This document shows positions 1 through 11,776 of a DNA stretch of 64,000 bases, in pieces; within the stretch, counting starts at the first letter, position 1, and every line of letters starts with the position of its first letter. The notes beneath the pieces are model-generated. The model made no database searches. It was given only the letters and a program-made list of their open reading frames with translations, and was not told the DNA's origin. Origin of the DNA: the human T2T-CHM13v2.0 reference genome, Homo sapiens; assembly GCF_009914755.1 (NCBI RefSeq), contig NC_060934.1. The stretch is one strand, 5' to 3'. A program made the translations under genes and the position numbers.

Positions 1-135
1 GTTCTTAGAAATTCTACAATTCTTTCTTTCATCAAAGTTGTGCTCTGACTGAGTTCTGCCCTCACTCCCCTATTGCAATCTCCTTAAATAAATGCTTCCA
101 TGCTTGTTTAACTTTGGTAAAATTTTGCTTTGAGA
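1..135 (+). mobile_element. 3' end of an ERV1-class LTR (MER31/MER67-like), cut by the window edge
   Basis: CCCCTATTGCAAT..AAATAAA..TGTTTAACTTTG..TTTGAGA resembles the poly(A) signal and U5 end of MER4-group LTRs. Confidence 0.45.
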
Positions 136-483
136 ATAACCAAGAAGAATATCTCCAACCAATATCAGATATTCTGTGTGTATATTCTTCAAAATGATAT
201 ATAATCAACATCTCACTCCAGTAGACAAAAAAGTAACTTGTATTACGATTACTCTAAATGTATAAGTCAATTTGGGTATAATTTACTTTTTTTTTTTTAT
301 TTTGAGGCTTTCAGTCCAAACATAGTCATTTTGTACATTTCTTATTAAATTTTTACATAGGTATTTTGCATAGGTATTGCTTTACATGTGAAAGCTATGA
401 ATTTCATGATGGCATATTTTTATTTTGCTACTTTACTAAAATGGCACTTTGCCAATGATTATTTTAGGTTTTGCAGATATAGC

Positions 484-484
<1 letters not shown>

Positions 485-529
<45 letters not shown>
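485..529. repeat. (TA)n followed by poly-T tract
   Basis: direct reading. Confidence 0.9.
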
Positions 530-659
530 CTATCTCACCTTTCTCTGCATAGGCACTGCTTTTTCTTTGTATTAGCCAGAGGATGATATGATTGGCTAAG
601 GGACAAAATTAACTCCAAACAATAGAAAAAAAGGGTCTAAATTTACCTAAAATATCTTA

Positions 660-1230
660 AACACAGTACTACTGTTTAACAAACATGGTGCTATACAGTC
701 AATAAAACAGCCTTATACTACTGATATTTTACCCTCATTAAAATTTTATTTTATTTTTAAAATTTTAAATTTCTATTTATTGTTATTTAAACAATTTATT
801 TTTTCTTTTTTTTTAGGGACATGGTCCTGCTTTGTTGCCCAGGCTGGAGTGCAGTAATGCAATCATAGCTCATTGCAGCCTCAAACTCCTGGGCTCAAGC
901 AATCCCTTCACCTCAGCCCTCTGTCTGAGTAGCTGGGACTACAGGTGTGCACCACTACACCTGGCTAATTTTTATATATTTAAATTATTTGTAGAGATGC
1001 AGTTCTGCCATGTTACACAGGCTGGTCTCAAACTCAGGCCTCAAGTGATCCTCCCACCTTGGCCTCCCAATGTTCTGGGATTACAAGCATGAGCCACCAT
1101 GCCCAGCTTTACCCCCATGTGTACATGAGGAAACTAAACTTAAATAGATAACCTAAAACATTTGTGATCATACATCCATCCATTGGTTGCAACTGAAATT
1201 TACACCTAAATCCATTTAGGTTTCAACTTT
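660..1230 (-). mobile_element. MIR interrupted by AluJ
   Basis: CCCCATGTGTACATGAGGAAACT matches the antisense MIR core. The flanking halves resume on either side of the Alu. Confidence 0.6.
740..1107 (-). mobile_element. AluJ with decayed long A-rich tail
   Basis: Alu antisense body with J diagnostics (ATCATAGCTCA, CTGGGCTCAAG). Probable TSD TTTACCCTCAT / TTTACCCCCAT. Confidence 0.93.
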
Positions 1231-1266
1231 ATTTTTCAACTTTATTCAACTTTTCAACTTTATTTT
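1221..1266. repeat. short degenerate tandem repeat (TTTCAACTTTA)n
   Basis: TTCAACTTT occurs four times in tandem. Confidence 0.8.
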
Positions 1267-1599
1267 TGCTTCCATCATAGTGCACTATGTTGCTTTGATA
1301 GATGTCTGACTTAGATACTGAAATGTATATATTGTTAAGTCATTTGACTTTTTGGTCACAAGAAGGCCTTCTAATCCAGAGGATATTAGGATCTAGAAAT
1401 ACTAATTACAGGCATATTGCCTAACAACCAGTTGTGACTACAGGTGGGAAAAACGGAGGTGTACTCTGCATCATACACATTTAGGTCTGATCCCTTTAGT
1501 TTGGCTCTATTGCATTTACAATCATAAGCCTATTACAAGGAATCATGATCCAAAAACCTCAAGACTATTCCATAAGAGTTACATTTAAACACATCATTG

Positions 1600-2690
1600 T
1601 ATTATAATAGTAAGGACTAATTGATTGCAAGTGACTAGAAGCCACTTGTACCTTAAGAAAAATGGCTGTTTATTAATTAACATGTCTGAATAGTTCAGCA
1701 CAGTTTGTTAACCTTAAATAATGAAATTCAGAAAGTGTGATTAACTATAGAACTTCTATAGAACTATAGAAATCATTTGAATACAAATCTTGAAGACAGC
1801 CACTGAGGTAAGACAGACTCCAAATGAGTAGAGTCAGTGTTCCAAAGTGGTGAAGTTAAGGTTTCATTTATACAGGAAGAGACAGAAAAGTTTAACAGGG
1901 TTGCACCATTCTCCATATGAAGATGCTACATATGTTACAGCCGTTTGATTGGTTATAGTTTGCTGCATTTTAAGAAAGATTGCTTTAACAATCCATAAGG
2001 AGGGGTAATGGACTTGAGGGAGGTCTTATCTCTGGCATCTTTTCAGTCTTTCCTATTCATTTACAGTACAAGAACAAGGAAGGGAATTCATCTATAATCA
2101 GAGAAGCAGAAGCCACAGCTGCATGCTACATTACTCAGGCCACATAGTCACATTTCTCTCAAGATTCAAATAATTTAATGTCCTAACAGTTTTAAGTTTA
2201 AATTATTTAATTTTGCAAGTTCTAACTTTAGTCATTGCTTGATTCAAGGGCTTCAAAAATGTCAGTGGGGCAAATTCTGTGTTCTTCTATTTCCTCTCCA
2301 TACTTCTTGTGTTCACATTCCTTCAATTGGTTTTAATCTCGAGCCATCTTTTCCCTGGAGGAAGGAAGATGTTCATAGCACACTTAGACTTCACTTTCTC
2401 TTAGATTCAACACCAGCTGGAAATGTCACTGACCCTGTCTTAACATTAAAAGAAAATACTGCATGGCTTTTCATTTTGTCTGCTTAGGCCATTTGTCCAT
2501 CCCAGAATTATTCATGATAATCAGGGGAACATGATAATCTAGTTGAGTCTGGCCTAGGTGAAACTCTCAACAACTGAGCTAAAACTGAACTTTTACTTAA
2601 ATGACGCATATGTGCTGAGATGGAGTAAGAAAGTGAATATATACAAGTTTGCTGGAGTTACTAGAAGACATGAATGGGTTTAAGAAAGAA
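1600..2690 (-). mobile_element. MaLR LTR (MLT1K/L-like) split by LTR24
   Basis: GATTGCAAGTGACTAGAA and GCTTGATTCAAGGGCTTCAAAAATGTCA match antisense late-MLT1 on both sides of the inserted LTR. Confidence 0.6.
1706..2217 (-). mobile_element. ERV1 solo LTR, LTR24 family
   Basis: TG...CA termini, perfect 4-bp TSD AGTT (1702-1705/2218-2221), reverse complement matches the recalled LTR24 consensus. Confidence 0.85.
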
Positions 2691-3775
2691 AACAAAAACT
2701 ATTCGCAATACCCATTTTGCTGCCCCAAATCTCAAGAGTCTCCCACAGTGAAGTCACTCCTTCAATCATGTCAACTACAGAACAGGACACCCAAGTGCTG
2801 ATAGACTAATACCCATTCAATCCTCTTTATGGCTAGTGGCATTTTCTGTTCAAGTACCTTAACAGAGGTGAAATGAATGGATGTAACAGGGTTTAAAATG
2901 AGATTATTTCTACGGCAAGTGAAGTCATTGGCATTTGTCTCACTAAGTCTCCAAACCAATGATGACACAAGAGCTATTATGACTAGTATACAAATACAAT
3001 TTCACCCAGATTTCAACATTTTGGACAATTTCCAGTTGTTTTCAGGGAAATCAAAGATGATTAATTTAGTCCCCACACACAGGAAATTAGAATCTCGTGG
3101 AAGAAATAAATTTATGGATAGCTGACTGTATTATAAGATACAGTGCACAGAAAAAAAAAAAAACACTATCCCTGGAAAAGTTTTTAGAGAATCGTCTTTA
3201 CCCATTGCAGGTGAAAATTAAAGAGAGAAACCTATTTTTTAAAAGGGGGAAGGGTAAAAGACAGATGTTAATATGCTATATGATAATGTCAAACATCTGC
3301 TCTGCTATAGTAGTTATTCCAGAAAAAGCGAGGTTTATTGTTGGATATTTGCAGTGAAAAAAATCTCAACAACCACAGACAATCTAAAGGATGTGTACTA
3401 ATTAAAACACTTTGAGAACTCATGGTATGATATAGCCATCTTCAAAACAGTGATAATTATACCCATGCATTGAAATCAATAAATACATTATAAAAGGACT
3501 GTGACAGTACCTTGGCAAAATAGCATGAGGAACATAACCAAGGAAGGTTAAAGAGCTGTACCAGTGACTCTCCCTAGAGTGAACCTAATGTGAAAATGGA
3601 ATCAAACTCACATTGTTTAATTTTTTCTTAAAGTTTTTCAATAAAGCTTTTTCAAAAGACTTGAGTTTGAACAGTCCTTTTCTTGTTTTTAGTGACATTC
3701 TGGGTCTTAATGCTATCTCTTTGGTGGTAGTAGTGAGGAAAGGAGCAGGAGTCTCTGTTACAGTCTTCATAATCA

Positions 3776-4010
3776 AATAATAGCTAATATGTACTGTATT
3801 GACTTATTTACTGGAACCCAGACAATACCAAGCATTTGTAAATAGTATCCCATTAAGTCTCAAAAGATGCCTAAAAGTTAGATATTGTTGTCTTTCTCGA
3901 ATCTCTGCTTAATAAACTCAGAGTCAAAGTGACTTGCTCAAGATGAAAGAGCTAGTACATTTCAAGAACAAGAATATGAACCTATATTAGTCTGACTCCA
4001 GGTGATAACC
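3776..4010 (-). mobile_element. MIR
   Basis: AATAATAGCTAATAT...AGTGACTTGCTCAAG...GTCTGACTCCA antisense MIR. Confidence 0.75.
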
Positions 4011-5404
4011 AGTTTTCAGAAACAGACTCTTTAGATTTTAACTGGTAGATTAAACTAGGAGGAGAGAATTAAAAATACTCAGCATTTATTTTTTCATAAA
4101 CTGTTTCACTGTACTTTCTGAAGTAGGATTTCAACCAGCCCTTCTGAAAGATTGGAATGGTAACCAAGGTCGCTCACATGATCATTATTTGAAAGCTGTC
4201 TTTGAAGCTCCAAATCTGAGATAAAGTTTAGCTTATTAACCTCGGATATTTAAGTGGCAAAGCAATTAATTGCATTAACTCAATCCACTGTTTAATAATG
4301 TAGGATAAATAGGGTACTTACCTTTAAGAAAGCAATGATCTGTTCCCCCAACTTCCACCACCAAGGCCAAGTTGTGTTTTGTGTGGCATTCTTTCTCAAA
4401 GTTGACCAACATGAACAGAACTATTACTTTTCTAATGCTGATTTTAGTTTTAAAGCCTATCACTACTTAAATTAATGCAAATTAGGATTTATTACTGACA
4501 TACTATAAATATATCATAAAATAATTTTGAAAAGTTCCAAAATCTTTTCACTTTTCCAAGGAAACAAATCCTCCAAATCAATGGTAAAAAGAAAGGGTAT
4601 GTGAAGAATCTCATATTTTTAAACATAGTTGCTTTAATTTAGCTCCTCTGTGATATAATATTTATATCATGTACTAGTTTTATTACTTTTGAGATACAGG
4701 TATATTGAGTTATGATTAGGCAGTTTCTGATGATTTACAAACATTTCCCCACCAGCTGGTAAATTAAATTTATGTCTACCTGGCTTTCAAAATGAAAAGT
4801 AAAGTGACAGAGATGAATAGAAAGTAGTAGTTTGAAACTAGTGTTTTATGCTAAATTTGAATGAGAGTCATTACATGTGATTTCTACAATCACAAAAATG
4901 AGAATGTTAAGTTGTAGTGAATATGACTGCTTTGCTAACCATCAGTGGAATATTTTCTCTGAGTTAATGCCTGTTCCTCTTTGAACTGACTTCAAATTAA
5001 CTCTTTTGAAGACTTGAATGGTTAGCAAGATGGTTACCATTTTCTAAAATCTCTGTGGGCTTTTTACATATTCCAGCTTCTCTTACAAAAACTTACAAGC
5101 TTATTTTTAAGCACAGTACAGAATATTTATTCATTATCACTTAAAATTTCTAATATTTATGGCAATAATGATCTGGTTCTTTAATACATATTTTGCATTA
5201 GGCTATCTAATACTTTTAATCACATTTGATTAATCCTATGTGAGGATGGTTGTAATCAACCTTCACTTTCAAAGTTGTGGTTGCAGGTTTTTAAGTAGAA
5301 TTTAGGGTAGAAAGAAAAGATTTAAATATAGTCAAGAAAATATTTTCTATAAAGATGTGCCTGAAAGAAACAGATGAATTGAAAGTGCAAGGAATATAAA
5401 GGCA

Positions 5405-5790
5405 TAAATATCCTTTATAATTAACCAGTAAATGTATTTCTCTGAGTTTTGTGAGCCACTCTAGCAAATTAATTGAACATAAATACGAAGTCTGGGTTAC
5501 CCCAATGTGAAGCCAGTTGGTCAGAAGTTCCAGAGGCCCAGACATGCTACTGTGTCTGAAGAGGGGGCAGTCTTGTCAGACTGAGACCTCAACCCTGGGA
5601 TTTGATGCTATCTCCAGGTAGACAGTGTCAGAATTGAATTGGAGGGCACCTAGCTAATATGTGCTGCAGAGTTGATTTCTTGCTTGGTGTATGGGGAAAA
5701 ACAGCCTCACATATTTTATCACAGAATCCTGCTGTGATTATTGTTCAGTGACAGCTGAGGAAAAACACTTTGGATAGGTTTTTCCTGTGA
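5405..5790 (+). mobile_element. MER21 LTR, 3' half
   Basis: TCTCTGAGTTTTGTGAGCCACTCTAGCAAATTAATTGAAC and ATCTCCAGGTAGACAGTGTCAGAATTGAATTG are MER21 hallmarks. Confidence 0.85.
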
Positions 5791-5799
5791 TTCCATCTC

Positions 5800-6200
5800 T
5801 TCAATCAGTAAATATTTATTGAGCATCTACTGTATGTAAAGTACTATTCCAGAAATTTAGATAAACAATTACTAGCACTCATGGAGCTTACTTTCTAGTG
5901 AGAAAAGAAGATCTAAACAGTAACAAAACTAACAAAAATAAATTATAGTGTGTTAGATGGTGATAGATGCTGTGGAAAACAAAAATAAAAATGTTGAGCA
6001 AGTTTAGAAAGAACAAGAGGAATGATGGTGGGCCTCATTAAAAAGGTGGCATTTATGTCAAATTTTCAGAGAGTAGGGGAAGTAGCTAGGAGGCAATATG
6101 AGGAAAAACATTCCAAATAGAAGTATTAACCAGTGGGGCACACTCAGTATGCTTGGAGAACAGCAAAGGTGCTAGTATTTCTAGAGGTGTGAAATTGCAA
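5800..6200 (-). mobile_element. L2 3' end
   Basis: AAATATTTATTGAGCATCTACT...CTCATGGAGCTTACTTTCTAGTG antisense L2 tail. Confidence 0.85.
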
Positions 6201-6473
6201 CATAAGATCATCTTCATACTTAAATGTTTATTTCTAGTAATAACTCTAGAGGATAAGATTTGTATCCCCTCCAAAATATAATGGAGAAATCCTTCTATGA
6301 ATTATACATGTAATTAAAATTATTTATCAATCATTTAAAATGACTGTTTGTATGCCAAAACATAGTAATCCAGCCAGGAAAAAGTTCAGTTTCTGTCTTC
6401 AAAAGAGTTGATTATTCAAGTAGAGCATAGATTTGTAAAACATGCATAATCCTTTGTGAAAAATGCTCAGACA

Positions 6474-6551
6474 TGCAGTGAGCCGAGATCGCACCACTGC
6501 ACTCCAGCGTGGGCGACAGAGTGAGACTCCATCTCAAAAAAAAGAAAGAAA
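6474..6551 (+). mobile_element. 5'-truncated Alu (last ~60 nt plus tail)
   Basis: Alu 3' end with perfect 13-bp TSD GAAAAATGCTCAG (6458-6470/6552-6564). Confidence 0.93.
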
Positions 6552-6842
6552 GAAAAATGCTCAGTGTGAGCAGTATTAGAAGCCTTCTTGGAAGAGGTGA
6601 CTCTTGCCATCATACCTAACTTGTATCCTCAGAAAAAAATTTGCGGATAGTCACAAGATATGCATTCCAAGCAGTCGGAAGATCACAAGCAAACAGAAAG
6701 AGGAATGAGGGCAAGGCACCTGTGAGGAATTGTCAATATTTCATAATGACTTTATTGCAGAGAAAATGTGCTGAGAAATGCGAAATCCAAGGTGAAGAGT
6801 CCATCAAAATGAGTGTTGTAAGTTGATTGAACATTATTCAAC

Positions 6843-6887
6843 CTATATATGTATGTGTGTGTGTATGTGTGTATATGTGTGTGTGTG

Positions 6888-6924
<37 letters not shown>

Positions 6925-6982
6925 ACACTCCAATGCTCCCAGTATACTTGTATATACAGACACACACACATACATATATAGG
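6843..6982. repeat. compound (TG)n(TA)n(CA)n microsatellite
   Basis: direct reading. Confidence 0.9.
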
Positions 6983-8100
6983 TTGATCACAGAACCCTAT
7001 ATATGCATTGGGATTATGTAACTTGAGTGCAGAGTGACATGGTCTGATATATATATATTCCCAATCTTCCCAATATTCGAAATATGTAACTTGCAGTGTG
7101 ACTTGGTCAGTTTTGTATTTTAGAGAGAACATTTTAGCAGCCATGTGGGAAGCAGATTAAAGTGAAGGTAAGAATGTTGATAATGGATTCATTAGGGAAG
7201 GTGTTAGAGTTGCCTAGGCAAAAAGTGGTGAACACATAATTTTAGTTAGTTGCAGTGATCATAGAGAATAGCGGGCAGATTTGAGACATAGTTAGAATAT
7301 AAAATTTACAGAACTTTTTGTTGATTGGATGTGGAATTAGTAGTGAAAAAGCATCTAGTATGATTCCAGTGATTTTTATTTTGATCAACAGGGTGACCAT
7401 CCACTGCCCACTATGATATGGAAAGAGGAAGAATTTTAAACAGAATTTGGCAGTTTTGGGAAAACGTATCTATCAGATACCATATGTATGAGTATAACAT
7501 ATTTTATAAATTACTGATGTCTTTTGAAAACCTATTTTTCTTGTTCATCATTGCAGATAGGATCACTATTCTCCCAGTTAACCAAATCTGCTTTTTTTAT
7601 TTTCAGTGGTCCTACCACAGTTTGATTTCTTATATAGACTATAAATGCTGAAAATTTCCCATGCTATTTCACTTTTTGTTTGTTTCAACCTATTGGGCAT
7701 TCTAATGTCAGATTCATCTTTATGGTACATAGCTCAGAGTGACATATGGTTTTGTCTAAAACATGTATTATCTAATACTCAAACTATATTAAATTTTTAA
7801 AAAATCTTATGTTAGAAACATGTGACTGTAAACTACTTTCTAAGTTTCACTGCCTGTTTTGCAATCAAAATAATTTTCTGTTTCTCAAAATGGCTTGCTT
7901 ATTTCTACCTCTGTGCTTAAGTTTTATTCCTGAAGTTTTTCATCTATAACCATGTATTAAATCTATTTAAATAACAAATATTTGAACTATTATCATCATA
8001 TATTTATATTTGTCATTGGATTTATATTAAGCTATCATAATAATTCCAATAATTTTCATCCCTCACTATTTAAAAATACACTACGGAAAATATTCCCTAA

Positions 8101-8415
8101 GGTCAGGCATGGTGGCTCATGCCTGTAATCAGCACATTGGGAGGCCAATGCAGGAGAATCATTTGAGCCCAGGAGTTTGAGCAAGCCTAAGCAACATAGT
8201 AAGACCCCTGTCTTCACAAAAAAAAAAAAAAAAATAGGATAACTAACCAGGTGTGGTGGTGTGTGCCTGTAGTTCTAGCTACTCAGGAGGCTTAGGCAGG
8301 AGGCTTGATTGAGCCTTGAGGTGGAGGCTGCAGTGAGCCATGATTGTGCCAGTGCACTCCAGCCTGGGTGACAGACAGACCCCATTTAAAATAAAATAAA
8401 TAAAATAAAGTAAAA
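8101..8415 (+). mobile_element. AluJ
   Basis: full dimer with J diagnostics (GAGCCCAGGAG, GGCTGCAGTGAGCCATGAT). Degenerate TSD AAAATATTCCCT/AAAATGTTCTCT. Confidence 0.93.
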
Positions 8416-8847
8416 AATGTTCTCTGGGCATTTTTAGGCAATAACAGAAACATCCCAAGTAAATTATGCTGTAGATGATCACTTACAACTTACTTATTTT
8501 CTTACAAATAACCACTGTTAATAATTTAATGTATGCACTGGGATGCCGTTTCTTATGTATTTACATTTTTGTAAGTGTGTGTACACATAAAGAAATATAG
8601 ATTTTCACATTAAGAGAATTAGACTATATGTCGTCCATCAATTGGATTATTTTTTACTTATCCTGTATCTTGAAAACTTTTCCATGTTAATACTTAAAAC
8701 CTACCTTATCATTTTAAATTGCTGCATATTTTCCATATCAATGGATGTAACACTGTTTATCTACACATTGCCATATTAATGGACCATTAGAGTTTTCCAA
8801 ATATTTACTATTAAAAACATATATTTTGTTAAAATTAAAACTTCTTA

Positions 8848-9152
8848 TGTGGTGGAAATGGGGAGATTTGGGTCCAAGGGCACAGTTGTTCAGTTATAAG
8901 ATGAGTAAGTCTGGAGATCTAATGTACAGCATGGTGACTACCATTAATAATACTGTATTGTATGCTGGAAATTGTTAAGAGATTAGATGTGAAGTGTTCT
9001 CACTATAAACACAAAACATTATAACTATGTGAGGTGATAAATGTTAATTAGCTTGATTGTAGTAAACATTTCACAATGTATAAATACATCAAAACATAGT
9101 TTGTACACCTAAAACACAGACAATTTTTATTTGTCTATAAAGCAAGGGAAAA
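8848..9152 (+). mobile_element. L1MA9-like 3' UTR end
   Basis: GGAGATCTAATGTACAGCATGGTGACTA...ATAACTATGTGAGGTGAT...CATTTCACAATGTAT. Confidence 0.85.
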
Positions 9153-9718
9153 CAAAGCCTTTTATGAAAATGAGAAAAGCAAAAAGCTGAGAAGTATTTA
9201 CAATATGTATATCAAAATAACTTGGATAAAGCGCATGTAAATTATTTCTACAAAACAATAATAAAATAACAATTCAACAAAAATCGGCAATAGTCTTAAG
9301 CAGAAACTTTATGAAACAGGATACATAAATGGCAAAAAAGTACATGAAAAGATGTTGAAAATCACTAGTCAACAAGAAAATGCAAGTTAAAACAAAGATG
9401 ACTTACTATTGCATACCCACTACAATGATTGAAGTTAAATATATTAATAATACTGCATGTTGAAGAGAATGCAAAGCAAGTGGACCTCTCATACATCACT
9501 CTGGTAATGTAAAATAGTAAAACCACTATGTAAAAATCATTTAGCAGTTTCTTACAAATTTAAAATATATCCCTATCTTTGATCCAGCAATGATATTATA
9601 TCATTACTCAGAAATGAACATTTATGTCTACAAAAAGATTAGTATAAGAATGTTTCACAACTTTGTACATAATAGCTAAAATGTAGACACAACCTAAATG
9701 TTCATAAAAGAACAGATG
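9153..9718 (+). mobile_element. L1ME-like ORF2 3' fragment
   Basis: ACATGAAAAGATGTT...AAATGCAAGTTAAAAC...TTTAGCAGTTTCTTAC...GATCCAGCAAT. Confidence 0.75.
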
Positions 9719-10042
9719 TTCACTTTGTATTTCTTTTGTAAAAAAAATTATCTAGAAATAGAATTGCTAGCTACAAGAGCATACACACTTTAAATTTTGT
9801 TAGGCTTTCCAAATTGCTACCCAGAAATACTGAACAAACATAGCGGATACCAGTAGTATATATAGTATTATTTTATTCGTCTCTTAGGCAACTTGATAAA
9901 TTATGGAATTAGGCAACTTTTAATATATTTATTTATATCTATTTATTCGGTAATTTATAATCATTGGCCATGCTTATTTATCTGTTGGGTAATTTTCAAT
10001 TTTATATTTCTTGAAAATATTTTTTTACATTTTACATTTTAA

Positions 10043-10378
10043 TTTTTCTTTCTTTCTTTTTCTTTTCTTTTCTTTTTCTTTTCTTTTTTTTTTTTTTTGA
10101 CACAGTCTTATTCTGTCACACAGACTGGAGTACAGTAGTGTGATCAAGGCTCACTGAGGCCTTGACCTCCTGGACTCTATTGATCCTCCAGCCTCAGCCT
10201 CCCAAGTAGCTGGTACTACAGGTGTGTGCTACCGTACCTGGCTAATTTTTGTATTTTTGGTAGAGATGTGGTTTTGCCATGATACCCAGGCTGATCTCAA
10301 ATTCCTGGGCTGAAGTAATTTGCCCACCCTGACCTCCTAAAGTTCTGGGATTACAGCCATGAGCCACCACACCCAGCC
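10043..10378 (-). mobile_element. AluJ (Jb-like)
   Basis: antisense dimer with (TTTTC)n tail. TSD TTACATTTT. Confidence 0.93.
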
Positions 10379-10468
10379 TTACATTTTTATTATCTGTGAA
10401 AATATTTTCTCCCAATATTTTACTTACTTTAAATGTGTATTATGACTCTTTTATATAAATGTATTGTT

Positions 10469-10633
10469 TATTATTATTATTATTGGAGACAGGGTATCGC
10501 TATATTGCCCAGACTAGAGAGAAATGGCATTATCATAGCTCACTGCAGTCTTGAACTCCTGCGCTCAGGATGTCCTCCTGCCACAACCTCCCAAAGTGTT
10601 GGAATTACAGGCATGAGCCACCACATCAAACCT
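10469..10633 (-). mobile_element. Alu monomer (FRAM/FAM-like or recombined AluJ)
   Basis: single ~150-bp arm with (TTA)n tail. Confidence 0.85.
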
Positions 10634-11649
10634 GTGTCAATTTTATATAGTTATTTGTCAAATTTTATATTTTGGCTTCTGAGTTTTGTTGGTTATTTAA
10701 AAGTGCTTCACTACCCCATGATTACAAAAAAAAATCTATATTTTCCTCTAATATTATTATAGACTTTTTTAACTTCAATTTGCCCAGATTTTTTTTCTGG
10801 TCACTTCTGTTTCTCTACCTGCACCAAGACTATATTTTTGAAACAATTATAATTTCATTGTATGTGTTGATATATTGTAGAGAAAGATCCCTTTTCTTCT
10901 TTTGCAAAATAAAATTGTTATTTCACAACATTTTTCCAGATAAACTTGAAACACTGAATTCAAAATTCATAAAAATTATAATTTGAGTTTATATTAAAAT
11001 TCCACTGAAATTTAAGATTATTTTGTTTAGACTCAACATCTTTAATATTGAAACTTTGGAATTTTCTCAATCAGAATTTGGTGTGGGATTTTTTTTTGGT
11101 TTGTTTTTTGTTTGTTTGTTTTGCTCATTAGAACACTTTTATCATTTTGAAATAAGTTGTATACATTTTTATGCCAGGATTATTTTTAGATATTTTATAA
11201 TCTGTTTCTGTCACAAGGTGGGAACCTCATTTTATATGTCATTTAATAATTATAATAGGATATTCAGTGCGTGTGTGTGTGTGTGTGCACGTAGGCATGC
11301 GTGTGTAAGTTGAATATGTTGCTACTCACGTTAATAGCTATTCTTATTTCTAAATAGCTTGTGTTTTTTCTCAATTGGTTCTCTTAATTTTTCAGATAGA
11401 TAACTACATCCTCTGAAATAAATCTTTATATTCCTCTCTGATATTTCCATTATTTCCTTGCTGCAATTCATTACCTAAGCATTAGCTAAGCAATTTTTAA
11501 CTGATAGAGTATTTTTGTTTGATCATTTAACATGACATTTGCTAGAATTTCTTAAAGATAAGAAACATTTCCTCTAAATATTCCAGGGACATTTTTCTCT
11601 ATTCTGAGATCACTAAGAGTTTCTTTAAAAAAAAAGAAAAGAAAAGAAC

Positions 11650-11776
11650 TTCCAGTCCCAGCTACCGTCTGACTATAGATGCATGAATGACTCCAAACCA
11701 GACCAGCTACACGGTCCAACTGAGATTATCCAACACAAAAACTATGATAAATAATAAATGATTGTTGTTTTAAGAC
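11650..11776 (+). mobile_element. MLT1 (H/I/J-like) 3' fragment
   Basis: GATAAATAATAAATGATTGTTGTTTTAAG MaLR poly(A) region. Confidence 0.6.

Larger units (their letters stand above)
6320..7470 (-). mobile_element. diverged L2, interrupted by a short Alu and a microsatellite
   Basis: purine-rich L2-like motifs (GCCTTCTTGGAAGAGGTGAC, GATTTGAGACATA, GATTGGATGTGG). Confidence 0.55.

Noticed and set aside
832-1092. ORFs with LECSG/AHCSL/PPASAS-type peptides (also 10433, 20898, 39784, 49904, 55373, 56886, 62875, 63212)
   Set aside because: These are translations of Alu sequence, not genes.
1744-1771. CTATAGAA triplication in LTR24
   Set aside because: A real but minor slippage event near the LTR poly(A) signal, with no evidence of function.
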